A stretch of DNA of 64,000 nt from Ramazzottius varieornatus (GCA_001949185.1 BDGG01000001.1:5259624-5323623); one strand, 5' to 3'. Shown: positions 25,102 to 37,381, counted from the first letter of the stretch. Numbers and translations: made by a program. Notes: a model not told the origin generated them from the sequence alone.

Positions 25102-26024
25102 TTAGATCCCATTTAGATACCAAACTTCGATCTCAAGCTCTTTTTCGCGCAGTTCCAGCTTTTTGGCTTCTATGTCATACACTCTCTTTGACTCGGCTTC
25201 CTTGAAGGCATATTTGCGCTCAGCAGTCTCCTTGAACAGCTTGATGAACTTGTCATCGGACACGGCTACTCGGACGCGACGTTAGAGGTTTCTTCGATTT
25301 GTTTCCAACATCCTCGGCCTTTTCGTCAGCTTCAGCTCGCTTGTTCTCCCGGTAATCCTTCTCCGACAGACGCGTATACGCAGTGATTCGCCGATGAATC
25401 GTTGCAGCAGACTTGAAACATTTGCACATGCCGTCATCTTCCACCCATTATTGCCAGAGTAATATTTGCATATACTATGACGTCATGTGCAGCTAGCCAA
25501 GCTTACCATCAAAATTATCAGCTGCTTTGTTGCGTCTCCCCGAACGGCCTTTCTCCCCCTCCACCATTACAGCTTCACCTGCGTAGTCGCGTTCCTTACT
25601 TTTGAAAGCTTCGCTTGCGTTTTGGCAACTTTCTGCTTCTTGGAGTCATCTATAGCAGCGACGACTCGATTCAGCAATTCGGCGATGCGACCATACTGCT
25701 CTTCTGTTCCGGACTTCACCTTCTTCTTCAGATCATCACCACGGAAGGCTGTTACTAGGGTGTTCACTCGGTTGATAACGGCTCTGCTGTCTAGAGGCTT
25801 CTTAGAGATCTAGAACGACAACCGCGTGTACGCTGTAGGCTGGGTATTCAACGTGTTGCGCGAGGAAGGCTTACCTTCGTCTAGTTCAACGTTCGTGTAA
25901 TTTCCTCCCAGACTGCCGAAGGCCTGCTGGCAAAGTACGGATTCTTGGAGTCCACAAGGTCCAGGAGATCCAGATCATGGATAGCCTTGAAGAAGTTCTT
26001 AGTGGAGGGTGATTCCTTTGCCAT
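25102..26024 (-). pseudogene. Harbinger partner protein (Myb/SANT-like + coiled coil), spliced, convergent with the transposase
   Basis: Exon 1 MAKESPSTKNFFKAIHDLDLLDLVDSKNPY...VWEEITRTLN*; exon 2 RVNTLVTAFR...KSGTEEQYGRIAELL; C-terminal KKLELREKELE; tail-to-tail arrangement typical of Harbingers. Confidence 0.65.
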
Positions 26025-26807
26025 TTTGGTTGAGGATCAAAAGCGCCAGGACAAATTCTCGAAGACTAGAAGAATCTGGATGCAAAGGAAAACAAATGCG
26101 TATACGCCGTCCAAACTTTCGCTAAAGTGCGGAGGCCGCAGAAGACAAGCTTCCGTAGCGACATAGGCTCACGGAACGGGTGTCAACAAAATGCCATGGT
26201 ACAACATTTGTCTGCTGCCAAAATAAGTCACCAAAGGCCATTCCTTTGGCTGGGCGAAATTGCCCTCGGCTTTCGCGACATGATAGAGGTCAGCAACGCC
26301 AAATTGAGTCGCGGACATGAAAGCTCGATACGTTTTCAGAGAGAATAGAACTATGAGGAGGAATCCCCAAAGCGGCGTCTTTGACAAAACTCGTGAGAGA
26401 TAGGAATCGGGGTAGCCTTTTCCCATCAGCTTATGGTGCAGTAAATTAGTCGCGTTAGGAAACAAACCTGCCTGATATCGTCCGGGAAGCCATTAGTCAT
26501 TTTACGGAAAAACTACACGAGGGAAACGGCCACGAAGCTGTGCTGCCCACCGCGCACCTGACTTTTCTGTGCCACTCTATTCCTTCTCCACCCGTTATCC
26601 AACCCAATCTACAGACCAGTCCGAAAAATCCTCACCTTCGAGCTTTGTTTTGGTAACATTCTTTCTTTCGTTCTGGCTTTTTTACAACTTGCAAACTGCA
26701 GTACTACCGCGTGAGACTATTTACTTTCCCTTATTTGTCTACAGCCGTCACTTCAGTTTTTCCGCAATTGCGACACGCTTTGCTTTGAGTCTGTGTTTTC
26801 TTTTACG

Positions 26808-27745
26808 ATGACGCCCAACCGGGCCAAGAGAAATCGTCTTCGTAAGTTACACTATGACTCAAACTCACTTGCGCGGTTTTCCAGCCAGCGCCAGCTTTAC
26901 AGGGCGGCTCAAAATGCTAGAGTCAAAATCACACTACAATCTGTGCGTGAATTTTTAAGCGAACAAAAGCTTTATTCGACATATCGTCCCAACCGCAACA
27001 ACTTTCCTCGGCGTCCGATGCGTTGCTTGTTTATCGACCAGCTGCATGAGTCTGACATTATTGAAGTGTAGCAGCATGCCGTCAGCAACGATAACTACAA
27101 GTACAACTTGTGTGTGATCGACTGCCTGTCTGGATTTGCATTTGCCCAGCCTCTGAAGACAGAACGTCCAGTTGATGTAATCGCCGCCTTTAGAAAAAAT
27201 ATGGTAGTACTACCAGCCGGCGAATACCAGACTACCTACGCACTGAAGCTGGTACCGAGTACACGGGAAAAGAGAGCCAGGCTTACTTCAGATCTCTGGG
27301 CATACGTCATTGCATTGCCACGGAGCCGGTCAAAGCGGGACTGGCTGAGAGATTTGACCAAACGCTTAAAACTCGCTTATACAAATTCTTTGACGCCAAT
27401 CAGCGATTTCGGTGGGTGGATGCACTGCCCGATTTATCAACACGTACAATGCGCAACCCCATAGCGCACTGAAAGGTATGGGCCCCTACTGATGTGTCTT
27501 ACCTTAACCAGGCAGCTGTCTACCTTAGCACACGCCCAGCGTTTCCTGCAAAACTATTGCCACCAAAGTTTGCTGTCGGTGAGAAGGTACGGAAAAAGCT
27601 CAAACAGACCGTGTTCACTAAAGGATGTAGTCAGAACTTCTCCAGCAAGATTTTCACCATTTCTCGAATTATTTCCGGTTCAATCATTACTTATCAATTA
27701 AAAGAGGATCAATCTCCACGGCCGTACTACTCCGTCGAGCTCGTT
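26808..27745 (+). pseudogene. Maverick retroviral-like (RVE) integrase
   Basis: LHYDSNSLARFSS, VREFLSEQKLYS, FPRRPM..IDQLHESDII, YKYNLCVIDCLSGFAFAQPLK, PDYLRTEAGTEY, KAGLAERFDQTLKTRLYKFF, YNAQPHSAL, KFAVGEKVR, NFSSKIFTI, YYSVEL; stops and frameshifts. Confidence 0.9.
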
Positions 27746-27779
27746 CACGCTGGCAACCATAGCATCAAATTTGAGGAAC

Positions 27780-28573
27780 TCGATAACTTCGCGGTTCATA
27801 TGACGTCAAATGAAAGCATGGATGTTATAAAGTCTACCAGGTCACCTCTGGATTATGAGTTCTACCTAAACCCATTGTTCCCTCCACTAGATGGTAGGTG
27901 GGAAGTGGCTCTAGTGGAAGTTAGCTCTTCGGCCCCCCTATTCCGTTTCCCTGAAGAAGAAAGAAAACTTTATTTTAAGACTGGCTTGTCTCCCAACGCC
28001 ATCATCCGAGCCGTCATTATCCCCGAAATTGCCTTTACTAGTAGTGAAAATCTGCAAGCCGCAGTCTAGAAGGAATTAACCGACTTCAGCAAAGAAAACA
28101 ACCTTGACGTTCGAGTCACTTTCAACAACGGCCTTTTGCAGTGCAGTTTGACCGGCAACATCTATTTACTTCAGAAGCGCACGCTGATTTACGGAGCTCT
28201 GAGATTAACTAACAGCTATAGTCTACGGACTACCAGCCAAGAAACGACGTTATACTGCCGACGCCCCGTGGATCATCTTACCGGCCGCAGGTCACATTTG
28301 ATCACACTTAACTGTTTAGCTCCTCTCTATGATAACAAACTAACTCTCATACCATCACGTAACCCGCTTGACCAACTGGGTACTTACACTCCGCCAGCTC
28401 TGATATATCATCGCTGTTCGTTTTGGCTACCTTCTCTACCTCTATATACTACACTCTCTTTTGTTAATCTCGCTCCACCGGCAGTAGGTGGCGAGACAAT
28501 GCTAAGGCTCCATTTTCGTCAGTGGAACCGAGTTTGCTGCAACCGAGTTGTAATAAATATGATAGTCCACTAG
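27780..28573 (+). pseudogene. Maverick minor capsid (penton-like) protein, in frame with the integrase C-terminus
   Basis: DNFAVHMTSNESMD, LDGRWEVALVEVS, C-terminal TMLRLHFR; ORFs 27494..28069 and 28136..28573 share a frame and are separated by a single TAG. Confidence 0.7.
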
Positions 28574-28850
28574 TACTTGTTGCAAGTGTGCACATAATAC
28601 CCAAACAGGTCTCGTACAGCAGGTAAAGATACGCCTTCCGAAAAGCCAGCTTCAGCGGCCAATCTTAAGTTTTGAACTCCCATACTCCGCCCTTTTTCCT
28701 CAGTATCGAGTCCTTATTGGTAGTACTACCGCATACACAGTTCAGAACGCACAACGTCAGACTCTCCAGAGCACCTGTTGCTTTCGAGAAACACAAACAT
28801 TTCGTCGCAGTTAGTTCATTTTTCTGCATCCTAAACTTCCAGTCTGTTGG

Positions 28851-29042
28851 TTGAATCTACCTGCAAACACGGCTCGAAAACGTACCCGACAAACGCGACG
28901 GAACCCGCCGCGAGCGACTCGTCGTTCACGGGAGGTCCTCAAGCAAAGGCAGCGCAAGCCTCTGTTATCTCGGCGCAGTCGCACTCGCCGCAGCACCAGA
29001 CGACGTGCAACAAGGGAACCCAGTCTCACCACTTTAATTTAA
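28851..29042 (+). CDS. Arg-rich protamine-like / core-like protein remnant
   Basis: ARKRTRQTRRNPPRATRRSREVLKQRQRKPLLSRRSRTRRSTRRR; lies between the minor and major capsid genes, where fragment E has its core protein; no ATG. Confidence 0.4.
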   Translation: MNLPANTARKRTRQTRRNPPRATRRSREVLKQRQRKPLLSRRSRTRRSTRRRATREPSLTTLI

Positions 29043-29052
29043 ATTTTTTACC

Positions 29053-29607
29053 ATGTCTTACCGAAACCGGAAAAGTCGTACTGCACTACCTGAAGGTTTT
29101 CAGCTGTTTTCTGCACCCGATCAAGAACCTACTAACGAAACTGCTTCTACAACTACCTTTGTCCCCGTTTCATCGCCAGAACGACCGGATAGTGTAGAAT
29201 TTATCATTCAGCCATCGGCCGATTTATTTGTTAACCCCTCGCACATTTTCGTTTACACTTAATGCCAGCTAAAATCCACCAAAGTGGGAACAGAGGCCGC
29301 TTCATGCTCACCGTTTTTGTACATGTTGTGGGAAAAAAATGAAATTAAACTGAATTGGACTCCATTATCAAGTTCCTATCGCGATTGCGGTTACAAAGCT
29401 TTTTTCAAAATTCTTGAACAGTGCGCTCCCAACATTAAATACGCGGATATTCTTAAAGCGTACGCCTTGTATCCGTTTGACCTTTCACCTTTCAAAGATT
29501 CTTTTGGTCGATCGTCCGGTTCGCAAAGGGTCCAACTAGACATGAAATTCAAGAACTTCTTAACTGAGTCCCTCGAACATTTTCGATCAACAAACACCGA
29601 TAACTGA
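29053..29607 (+). pseudogene. Maverick major capsid protein, N-terminal fragment
   Basis: FQLFSAPDQEPTNE...FVPVSS...SVEFIIQPSADLFVNPSHIFVY, MLWEKNEIKLN, GYKAFFKIL, matching the MCP N-terminal pattern also seen at 62780; internal stop. Confidence 0.7.
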
Positions 29608-30315
29608 TGTTCACATGTAATGATGTTCACATGATGTTCACATGTACTGAAAATGATGTTCATATGTAATGATGTACTGTAGTGCTCGCAGTTTATCGCG
29701 CACTCAACCACGTGAACAGTAAATAACGCCCGATCGGGGATTTTAGACGTTGTACTGCTTTATCAACAATCAATGATTGGCCATCGGTTAAGACAAGTGT
29801 TATTCTGAAAAGTCAAACTCAAATTGCTCATTTCCATCCGGAGCGTTTCCGGTATCTGCTCACTTTTCTCCGGTCCTCGCTTGCCCGGAATCTTTGCTTT
29901 GTGAAGCAAAAACATGAGGTTCCGTGAAGCTTATCAGCTGCTTATGGAACAGGTATCATTCGACTCACCACCAGCTGCGCATGGCTGATTCCGGAATTCC
30001 TGTAAGCTTCGTATGCTTTCTCGTCGATAATCCGCTCTCTTCATAGTTTCTCAAAGCTTTTTCCGCATCCTCATCGCTATAAATATACGGGTCCTAGCCA
30101 TGACAATGTTTTCTACCTTCGGATCCAGTGAAAGAAACTGGAATTTGGACCGGATCGTTTTTCAAAATAACTGACGACCCATTAAAGTCAATCAACTCAT
30201 GCCCTTCTGGCAACAGCTGATCTTGCCGGGCAAACCTGACTAATCACGTGGTTGAGTGCGCGATAAACTGCGAGCACTACAGTAACATCTAATGATGTTC
30301 ACATGTACTGAAAAA
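29605..30315. repeat. Short tandem array of TGATGTTCACATGTA(A/CTGAAAA), split by a MITE
   Basis: About 5 copies at 29605-29675; the array resumes at ~30285-30315. Confidence 0.7.
29677..30282. mobile_element. Young MITE with perfect 39-bp TIRs and TA TSD
   Basis: TA|CTGTAGTGCTCGCAGTTTATCGCGCACTCAACCACGTGA ... TCACGTGGTTGAGTGCGCGATAAACTGCGAGCACTACAG|TA. Confidence 0.92.
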
Positions 30316-30789
30316 GGCTGAAATGAATGATCATCAGGTCACTGTCTCTTGCGTCTACTTTAGCCGAATCGAATAGTAGAGATTTCAGTAGTGACAGACA
30401 AAAAAATATTCGGTTTGAGAAAAAACAGCCGTCGTAAGGTAAACACTAATGGACCTCACAAGAACAAGGACAGGCCAAAGACCGCAATTAGAATTGCATA
30501 AGTATCACGAGAGAATTACCACAACGGGAACAAGTCAGTCCATTCCGATTTACTTGTCAGGAGTATTGCGGCCGCGTGCATCGCTTCCATCTAGCTCCTC
30601 CTGCCGCGCTTCCACTTCCTCATCTGCTTCTGCTCGTTCAGCGCCGGGTTCATCTAGGTCATTGACGTCACTGTCTTCACCATCCGTGTCCTCATCTTGA
30701 CTGTCAACCTCCGCAAGTAAGTCGCCCGTCATGGATGATGTCCAGTCCTGTGGACCAGCAAAGGGAACGTGCAGATGAGTTCCGGTGTA

Positions 30790-32382
30790 AGCGTCCACTC
30801 GATCTGGGCTGACTCTCCTGAACGAACAGCCTTGAACGGTCATCTTTCCCACAGCGCAGGTGAAGGTTGCATCTACTGTTTACAGGTAAGGGTATTTCAA
30901 ACGGGACCAACAAAAACCACAGTTGATCGAGAAATCGTGATTAACCCACCTAATAAAATTAATTGTTCTACGTAGGTTGCAGGGTGTATAAATCATCGCA
31001 TGTGTTACCAGTACACGAGAAACGTTGCAATGAAGACTCACCAGCACTTCGTCGACTTCGCCGAAGAGTGGGAAAAGATGCCGGTGAAAGAGAAAAGGTT
31101 TCTCCTGGCCGAAAGAATGACCAAAGGCTTTCGGAGACCTTCGATACTCAGATTCTGGGTTAAGTTCGATATGGTACTGGCCTTCCTTCTGGACATCATG
31201 CATCAGTTTGATGAAGGTGTGGTGCGATGGATAATCGCTCAAATCATAACTGTCGACGGTAACAGTGGAATAACCAAAGCACAGCTGAACGCAATTGAGC
31301 GGTTGTGGATGTCCGTTGCTCTACCGGGCCATCAGAACAGAAGTGTGCGGTCACTGGACGATTACAAGTCATGGAAGGCACATGAGCTCAAATTCTTTAT
31401 ACAGCACGCTGCACCTTTCGTCTTGAAGGGAAACTGTTCAGAGGGATTTTACTTCCTCGTCTGTCTCCTGAGCCGTATCGGGTGGCTTGTCACCCAGGAC
31501 GAGATCGACCGTGAATCTCCGAAGGAGATTGAGAGCAGATGCACAAGATATGTGAAAACCTTCCAAGACTATTTCGGGATCGAACAAATGAAATACTCTA
31601 TTCATTTGATGCTCCACTTGCTACTCGTGATTAAACTCTTCGGACCGCTGCATCTTTCGTCTTGCTATCGTCCGGAAAATCAGATAGGGCGAGTAACACG
31701 CAAGATTTGCGGCACGTACAACAACACAAAGAATATCATGGACAGTTTCCTAAAGTTGCAGGAGTGTACGGCACGCATGGAAGACATGCTGTGTTTCGGA
31801 AACAGCAAGATTGTGACAACAGATGAGAGACTAATGGGAGTGCCCGCATCACCCTACGTCATCAAAGGAGCAGCCGGAACTTGTCGGCTGAGTGGCCAAT
31901 CTAATGTGATCGAAGACGGGGAAGCGTACGCGAAAGTGAGACGAGAAGGAAGAAGGAGGAAAGAATGTTGGTCGCGAGACAGAGTTCACTGCTTCAGAAG
32001 AGCTGCGGTTGAAGTGTGAATTGTTGTAAGAACGAAAAAGCGTGGTCAGTCGCACCAGAAGAATGAGTTCATTGTCACTGATGTGAACGAGCGTGTAATG
32101 CACATAGACATGATCATAGCAGTTATGGATTGTGAGAAGAAAAATATTCTGCACACATTTGTGTATGCGAAGCTGTTCAGAAAGCCGGACGACGATGAGA
32201 TGGAAGACAGAATTGCTGGGCTATTCAGGGCAGAGTGTCCTCATATCTTTTATATTAGAACTTCTGAAAATATTCTGTTGCCTACCTCCGATCTTCGAGA
32301 ACATGTTGCTTTTCTGGCTTGGTCCGACGATGATTCAGGAATTATTGTGAGTCCGCCCTCAAATATCTACATGACTACATGA
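30790..32382 (+). pseudogene. CACTA/EnSpm (CMC) type transposase, 5'-truncated
   Basis: DSPERTALNGH.SH..EGCIYC, LDIMHQFDEGVVR, RSVRSLDDYKSWKAHELKFF, KYSIHLMLHL, FGPLHLSSCYRPENQIG. Confidence 0.82.
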
Positions 32383-32716
32383 ATGAATAATACCAATGAC
32401 ATCTCTCCAATGAGAAATATCGGAAGCTGTTCGCGTTATTCGGAACTGCGAAGTGACTTGGTGACCCATACCGGATTGCACCAGAATGGGTCAGCAATTG
32501 CACCAGACTGGGTCAGCAATTGCACCACTGTGGGTGCTTTGCCCGTAGAGAGAGCACAGCCAAACACTATACAGTACTGGGACAGACAAGCCAAGTGCTC
32601 GGGTCTAACACTCGAGCTTGGCTATATAACTTACCAATGTGCAATAGTCGGACAGTGGTCATTCAGTTGGTTTCAACTACGATCGCCTTCTTCTGCTGCA
32701 GTTTTCCGTCGTTAAT

Positions 32717-33340
32717 GTGTCTTTCTGCCTCAATATGGGACAATGGAGAGATCTTCAGATGCACGGAAGAAAGGAAAAACTGAAGGGAAAGCAGCTGCCG
32801 TTGGCAGCGAGTGTGACCAAGGCTGACCGCAAACGCAGGGAGTATTATGTTGAGAAGATCTTGGACCGTCGACGGCTGACCAGTGTTTTGGGCTCTGCTT
32901 GGGAATACTTCGGCAAATGGGATGGTTATCCGGATTCTCAAAATAGCTGGGTTCAACTCTCAGCCTTCGGAACGGATCGGCATTTGCCCGAGGAATTTGA
33001 CGCTGTGATGGAATGTGAGAAGAAGCCAGTCAAGAATCGCGTACGTGAGAAGAGAGACTAGGAACGAATGGCATTTGCAGAAGAGTGTGACGTCATACGC
33101 AACGCACTGGAAGTCGTGCCAGGCAGTCGGTTGCTGGCTAAAAGCCTTGTGACGTATTACGCGGAGCAGCTCAAAGAACCTCTATCCACTGACAACCGGA
33201 AATCGTTCGAGAAGACGGTGGGAAAAGCCCTCGGTCTAGAATTCCCCGACCACAAGAACACGTTCAAGCTCGGACCTCGTATGGGTAATAAACAAGACCG
33301 ATTTTACAAGAACCTTGCTTTCAGTAAGTTCACTGCTTCA
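32717..33340 (+). pseudogene. Chromodomain + RFX-like winged-helix protein (one in-frame stop)
   Basis: EYYVEKILDRR...EYFGKWDGYPDSQNSWV (chromodomain). The ORF at 33068 continues in the same frame after the TAG at 33059-33061 with KSLVTYY...SFEKTVGKALGLEFP...KLGPRMGNKQDRFYKNLAF. Confidence 0.65.
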
Positions 33341-35166
33341 TATGGGAGGTCGGCAAACTATCATGACCAGGTCGGCCTACTAAGTGGCGCACGTTCTTGG
33401 GGATTTTGGGTGCAAAGATGCGCCACTTTGGACAACAATGGGAGCCGAGTTGTTTGCTCTGTATACATACTAAGATTCAAGTGTTCATCGGGAAAACGTA
33501 TGCTGACTCTGTACAGCATATAACTAACGTGTGCTCTATTTCTCTTCCAGAAATTCCTCCAACTGCACAAGTCACAGCGAAACTCCCTCATAACTGAATT
33601 ACGACACGTGGGGCACGGTTGAGCAAATAGCCATGGTTATTTTATGGTTTTTTCCACTCAAATGCATTTTTACGCTTTGGGTTTACCAGTAAGATTGCTC
33701 AACATCTACTTATTAACATTCAATTTGTATTTATCGTCATCTGTCTGCATATTAGGCCATTGGCACTGTCCTCGAACTTCCCCATAAAGCGTTATGTAGA
33801 TGCTTAGTCAAATTACCGATCGCCAGATATCTGTTCGATTGTGACCTGGGCCTCCACCTGAGCAGCGGCGTCTGGAATGATCTCCTCCAAAAACTTGTGC
33901 AGCGGAATCTCGGACCGCACACTGCATTCTTCGAATATTCGAGGTCCTCGGCATTCGAAAGTGTAGCGAGAATTTCGTACAGGATTTGAAATTGGAAAAA
34001 GTCGCCACGAATGTACGAGTACGATGACTGTATGACTGACAGGGGATTTCCTCGAGGTATTAAGCCAGCCCTGCAGGCAGCGTATCTCGAGAAGTATATA
34101 AGCTGAAAGCTGTCACTTGTTCGAGACTTTTTCTCCTTCAGTTGAATTTTGATCAGTAAAGTGCAGTACGAACTCCAGCTTCTGCCGATCTTCTGTAAAG
34201 CCTAACTGGCTGACTGAGTGGTCTACGAGGTCCTTCAGTCTTCCTTGGTGGATAAACCTGTCGATGGTCAGCGAAGCCTGAGGTTCCTGCAGGATCAAAG
34301 TCGAGAACGCTTGGCTAGGGCGTTTTGGAATACCGGGATCAATCGGCGGACACTGGCGAGGTAAGTCTCTGAGACGAACGAGTAGCCTACAGGTCCTAAG
34401 GAAGAGAGGGTGACTCGTGTTACGGATAGGAAAGTATCAGTGGTGGTTTGTCTGGAAGACTTGTGAAGTGGGATTTTGTATTGAACAACAGGCAGGGTGC
34501 CGGCACCATCAGGTTCTCTATCAACTCGAAGTTTAGCTGAAGTTGACGTCCGTTTAAAGTTCCTCGTTAGTCGGACGATAAAAATTATTAATCGAGGTGC
34601 AATGTGAATTAGCCTACCGCCTGAGCCAGCAATTTTGTTGCAGGCTTTTTGCCGTGGTGAGAGTTCTTTACGCTACAAGAGGTTCAAAGCGAAGTCCACC
34701 TATTGACACAGAACCCAGAATAAATTCAACTTTGTCATAATTAGATGCGTCATATCTACGCAACAGAACTAACTGTATAATGTTGACATACATTCGGATC
34801 CATGGTATATGAGGCGATCTTATTTTCCCTGGACGCGCCTAACCTACGGCCGCAAAAGCAACGCTTCAATTCCAGCGTTAAACAAATTACTCACAGTAAA
34901 GTAAAAAATGCAAATACGAGCCCTAGACCTGCCATACCCGCAGATGTACCTGTCGCTTGAGTAGCTAACCAGTAGGCGAACTTGTCAAGCCTCTTTTTAG
35001 TACACCATTTACTATGGCGAGACTAATCCTTCACGCAAACATCACAACCATCCAGACATGCTCATCCATGACAGGCGTCAGATCACTTCACTTATCTTGG
35101 AACCACGAAGGGGAACATAATTTTGGCTGCTGAGTATATTGCTTCTAACGCCGTATCATTCGAACA

Positions 35167-35431
35167 ATGGAAGTGTCTGAGGCTATAACGACAACCACCG
35201 ACAGAGAAATAGATCAACGAAGGCTAATCAATCGCCTAGACACCTTCATCAACTGGCCGGTCTCCCATAAACCGCCGCACATCATGGCTGCAGCTGGGTT
35301 TTTCTACCTCAGCATGCTACGCCGTCGAGTGCGCCCTCTGTCATGAGCAAATGAGCCACTGGAACTCAATCTATAATCCCCTAAACAAGCATCAAGAGTT
35401 CTCACCCGTTTGTCCATTAATCAGGATCTAA
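35167..35431 (+). pseudogene. Single BIR-domain (IAP/survivin-like) gene, intronless, one frameshift; not in ORF track
   Basis: MEVSEA...RLDTFINWPVSHKPPHIMAAAGFFYLS, frameshift ~35315, AVECALCHEQMSHWNSIYNPLNKHQEFSPVCPLI*; the C-x2-C-x16-H-x6-C zinc ligands are intact. Confidence 0.85.
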
Positions 35432-36389
35432 AACCGACTCATCTGTTCTTACTTCCGATCATTTTGATGAGTTCGGCGGTGAAGACGTCTGTGACCGGTA
35501 TTTCTCTTTCTCCAAACGTAATCCAAACTTTGGACGTCGAGTACCACGAGTTCAAACCCATATTTTCAGTACGTCACTGCCTGTGTGGGGCAAAACTTTG
35601 TCAGTTCCAGTATGGCCTGTGACTAGAAAAATTTCAATCATTGTTAGGTGTTGGACGGCAGAGAAAATTAATTCACGTGCGTCGTACTACCGTAATTTTT
35701 TATTAGAATTCCTCGGCTCTAGACCGAAATGTGCGCGTCAGCCAGAACGCACTAATGGTCACAGGGCCGTCTTTGACGTAACAGGCAAGCTGTCAACAGT
35801 ACCGGTCCGCCAGGGTTCCCGGTACTGCTCTCCTGCTAATGAGGATGGGAAAAATTACCGCTCCCGATGACGAGGCCTGCATAGGTCACACTTACATCCA
35901 GCAGACATTCAGAATCTGGACTTGCGTCGGACGCGGCTCGAAAATATTGTTTTTCCTGCTGGTGACGATGTGTCCGTTCTTCGGGAGACTTCCTACAAAG
36001 CAAAGGTGTTGTACATTGTTGTCTGCGCCGGGGTGAATGGATTACAATGTACACGGCCAAAGGCCGTGTACATTTTCTCGACTGGGTCGTTGTGAGTGAC
36101 GAGGTCGTTATGAAAAACTACGTAGACTTTCTGAACGATTGAAAAAGCTAGTTGGTGTAGTAGGCGAAATTTCAATCAACCCCACAGTAAGCCGAAATAT
36201 AGCGACGAACCAGCGCTCACAAAATACGGTGGAAAATGCGATCAACCAGCAATCGCAACCTCGCTAGTTACTTTCGAGCTTTGCTTTTCATTTGCGATTC
36301 CTATTCGCGCCATTTCTCTCTTCCCGTCCCAACAAGACGGATTACTTTCCATTCTGCTCTCGTCTCGGTGTGCTACCGTGAACTAGAAG

Positions 36390-37336
36390 ATGCGGAATCC
36401 GTGGAGAGAAATCCATTCACCCCGGCGCAGACCCGGTGAGTTTCGTGGCTGATGAAAGTATAAACTGTGCCTTTCGTCGAAATAATCTTCCACATGGAGT
36501 CCATAATTATTGTTTCACTGGGTGTTTGATTAACCTTCGTCTGAAAGAGATGAAGGAGGACTTCCTCGTTTGTGGTTCACAGATTACTTACTGGAAGAAG
36601 ATGAAAGCGGCCATGGTCGAAGCGCTCCCTGATTTCGACAAAACAGCCGCGCAAGTCCGCGAGAAATGGCTGAACTTCGACAAGACCTACCGCGCCAAGA
36701 AGAAAGCCGCAGCGCAGACCGGAGCTGGGAAGATTACTTGGCCATTCTTCAACCAGATTGACGCAGAAATGGGCGGCAGGGATGACGTCACGCTCGAGGG
36801 GATGACGAACATTGGAGGTGAAGTTGATTGCTCATTATTTAAAATGGTTTTCCAAAGTGTCGCACCCTATCGGTGTTATTAGCCGGACGCGCACGCCACT
36901 GGGGAAATCGATTCACTGTGTTGGTGGAGGGAGCCCCGCTTGCTTTGTTATCATTTAGTTTCCACTTACCTGGCTTGCCATTCGTTTTCTTTTGTAGGTG
37001 AAAACGATACGACGGCTCTACGGGGTTTCGGAGATGAACGACCCTAGACAAGTCTGGCCTACTGACAGATTGGATATCGCTGATCGTGATGGGAGCGCCA
37101 AAGTTCGAGGAAAGAAGAAGGTGAAGACTGGGAAGGACGAAGTGCTGGTTCGTGTTGATCGGCTGCTGCCCAGCAACGATGAGGCCATGCGGACCTTGAC
37201 CAAGCTCGCTGATAACCAAGAGAAGCTGGTGGAGCCGAACAAGCAAAGTGTGGTTGCCAGGCAAGAGACAGCTGATTCGCAAAAGAAAATTGCTGACTTA
37301 TTTGCTATTTTCGCCTCTTTATTCCAGAACAGTTAG
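36390..37336 (+). pseudogene. Harbinger Myb/SANT (trihelix, MSANTD-like) DNA-binding partner, spliced
   Basis: FTPAQT|CLINLR, YWKKMKAAM...KTAAQVREKWLNFDKTYRAKK...TGAGKITWPFFNQIDAEMG; C-terminal coiled-coil exon; start uncertain. Confidence 0.8.
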
Positions 37337-37381
37337 AATAGCCTAGAGTATTGTTCAAAAGCTAGTACATATTGCCTCCCA

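Larger units (their letters stand above)
26808..29607 (+). mobile_element. Maverick/Polinton fragment A (integrase - minor capsid - basic core-like protein - truncated major capsid)
   Basis: Colinear + strand block of Maverick core genes, all degenerate; cut at ~29605 by a repeat/MITE/CACTA insertion; no TIR seen. Confidence 0.85.

Noticed and set aside
23540-26200. TIRs/TSD for Harbinger element 1
   Set aside because: No convincing inverted termini found, so only the two genes are annotated.
29605-30315. Short direct repeats as a possible CRISPR-like array
   Set aside because: No unique spacers of regular length, no cas genes, eukaryotic context; explained as a tandem/subterminal repeat.
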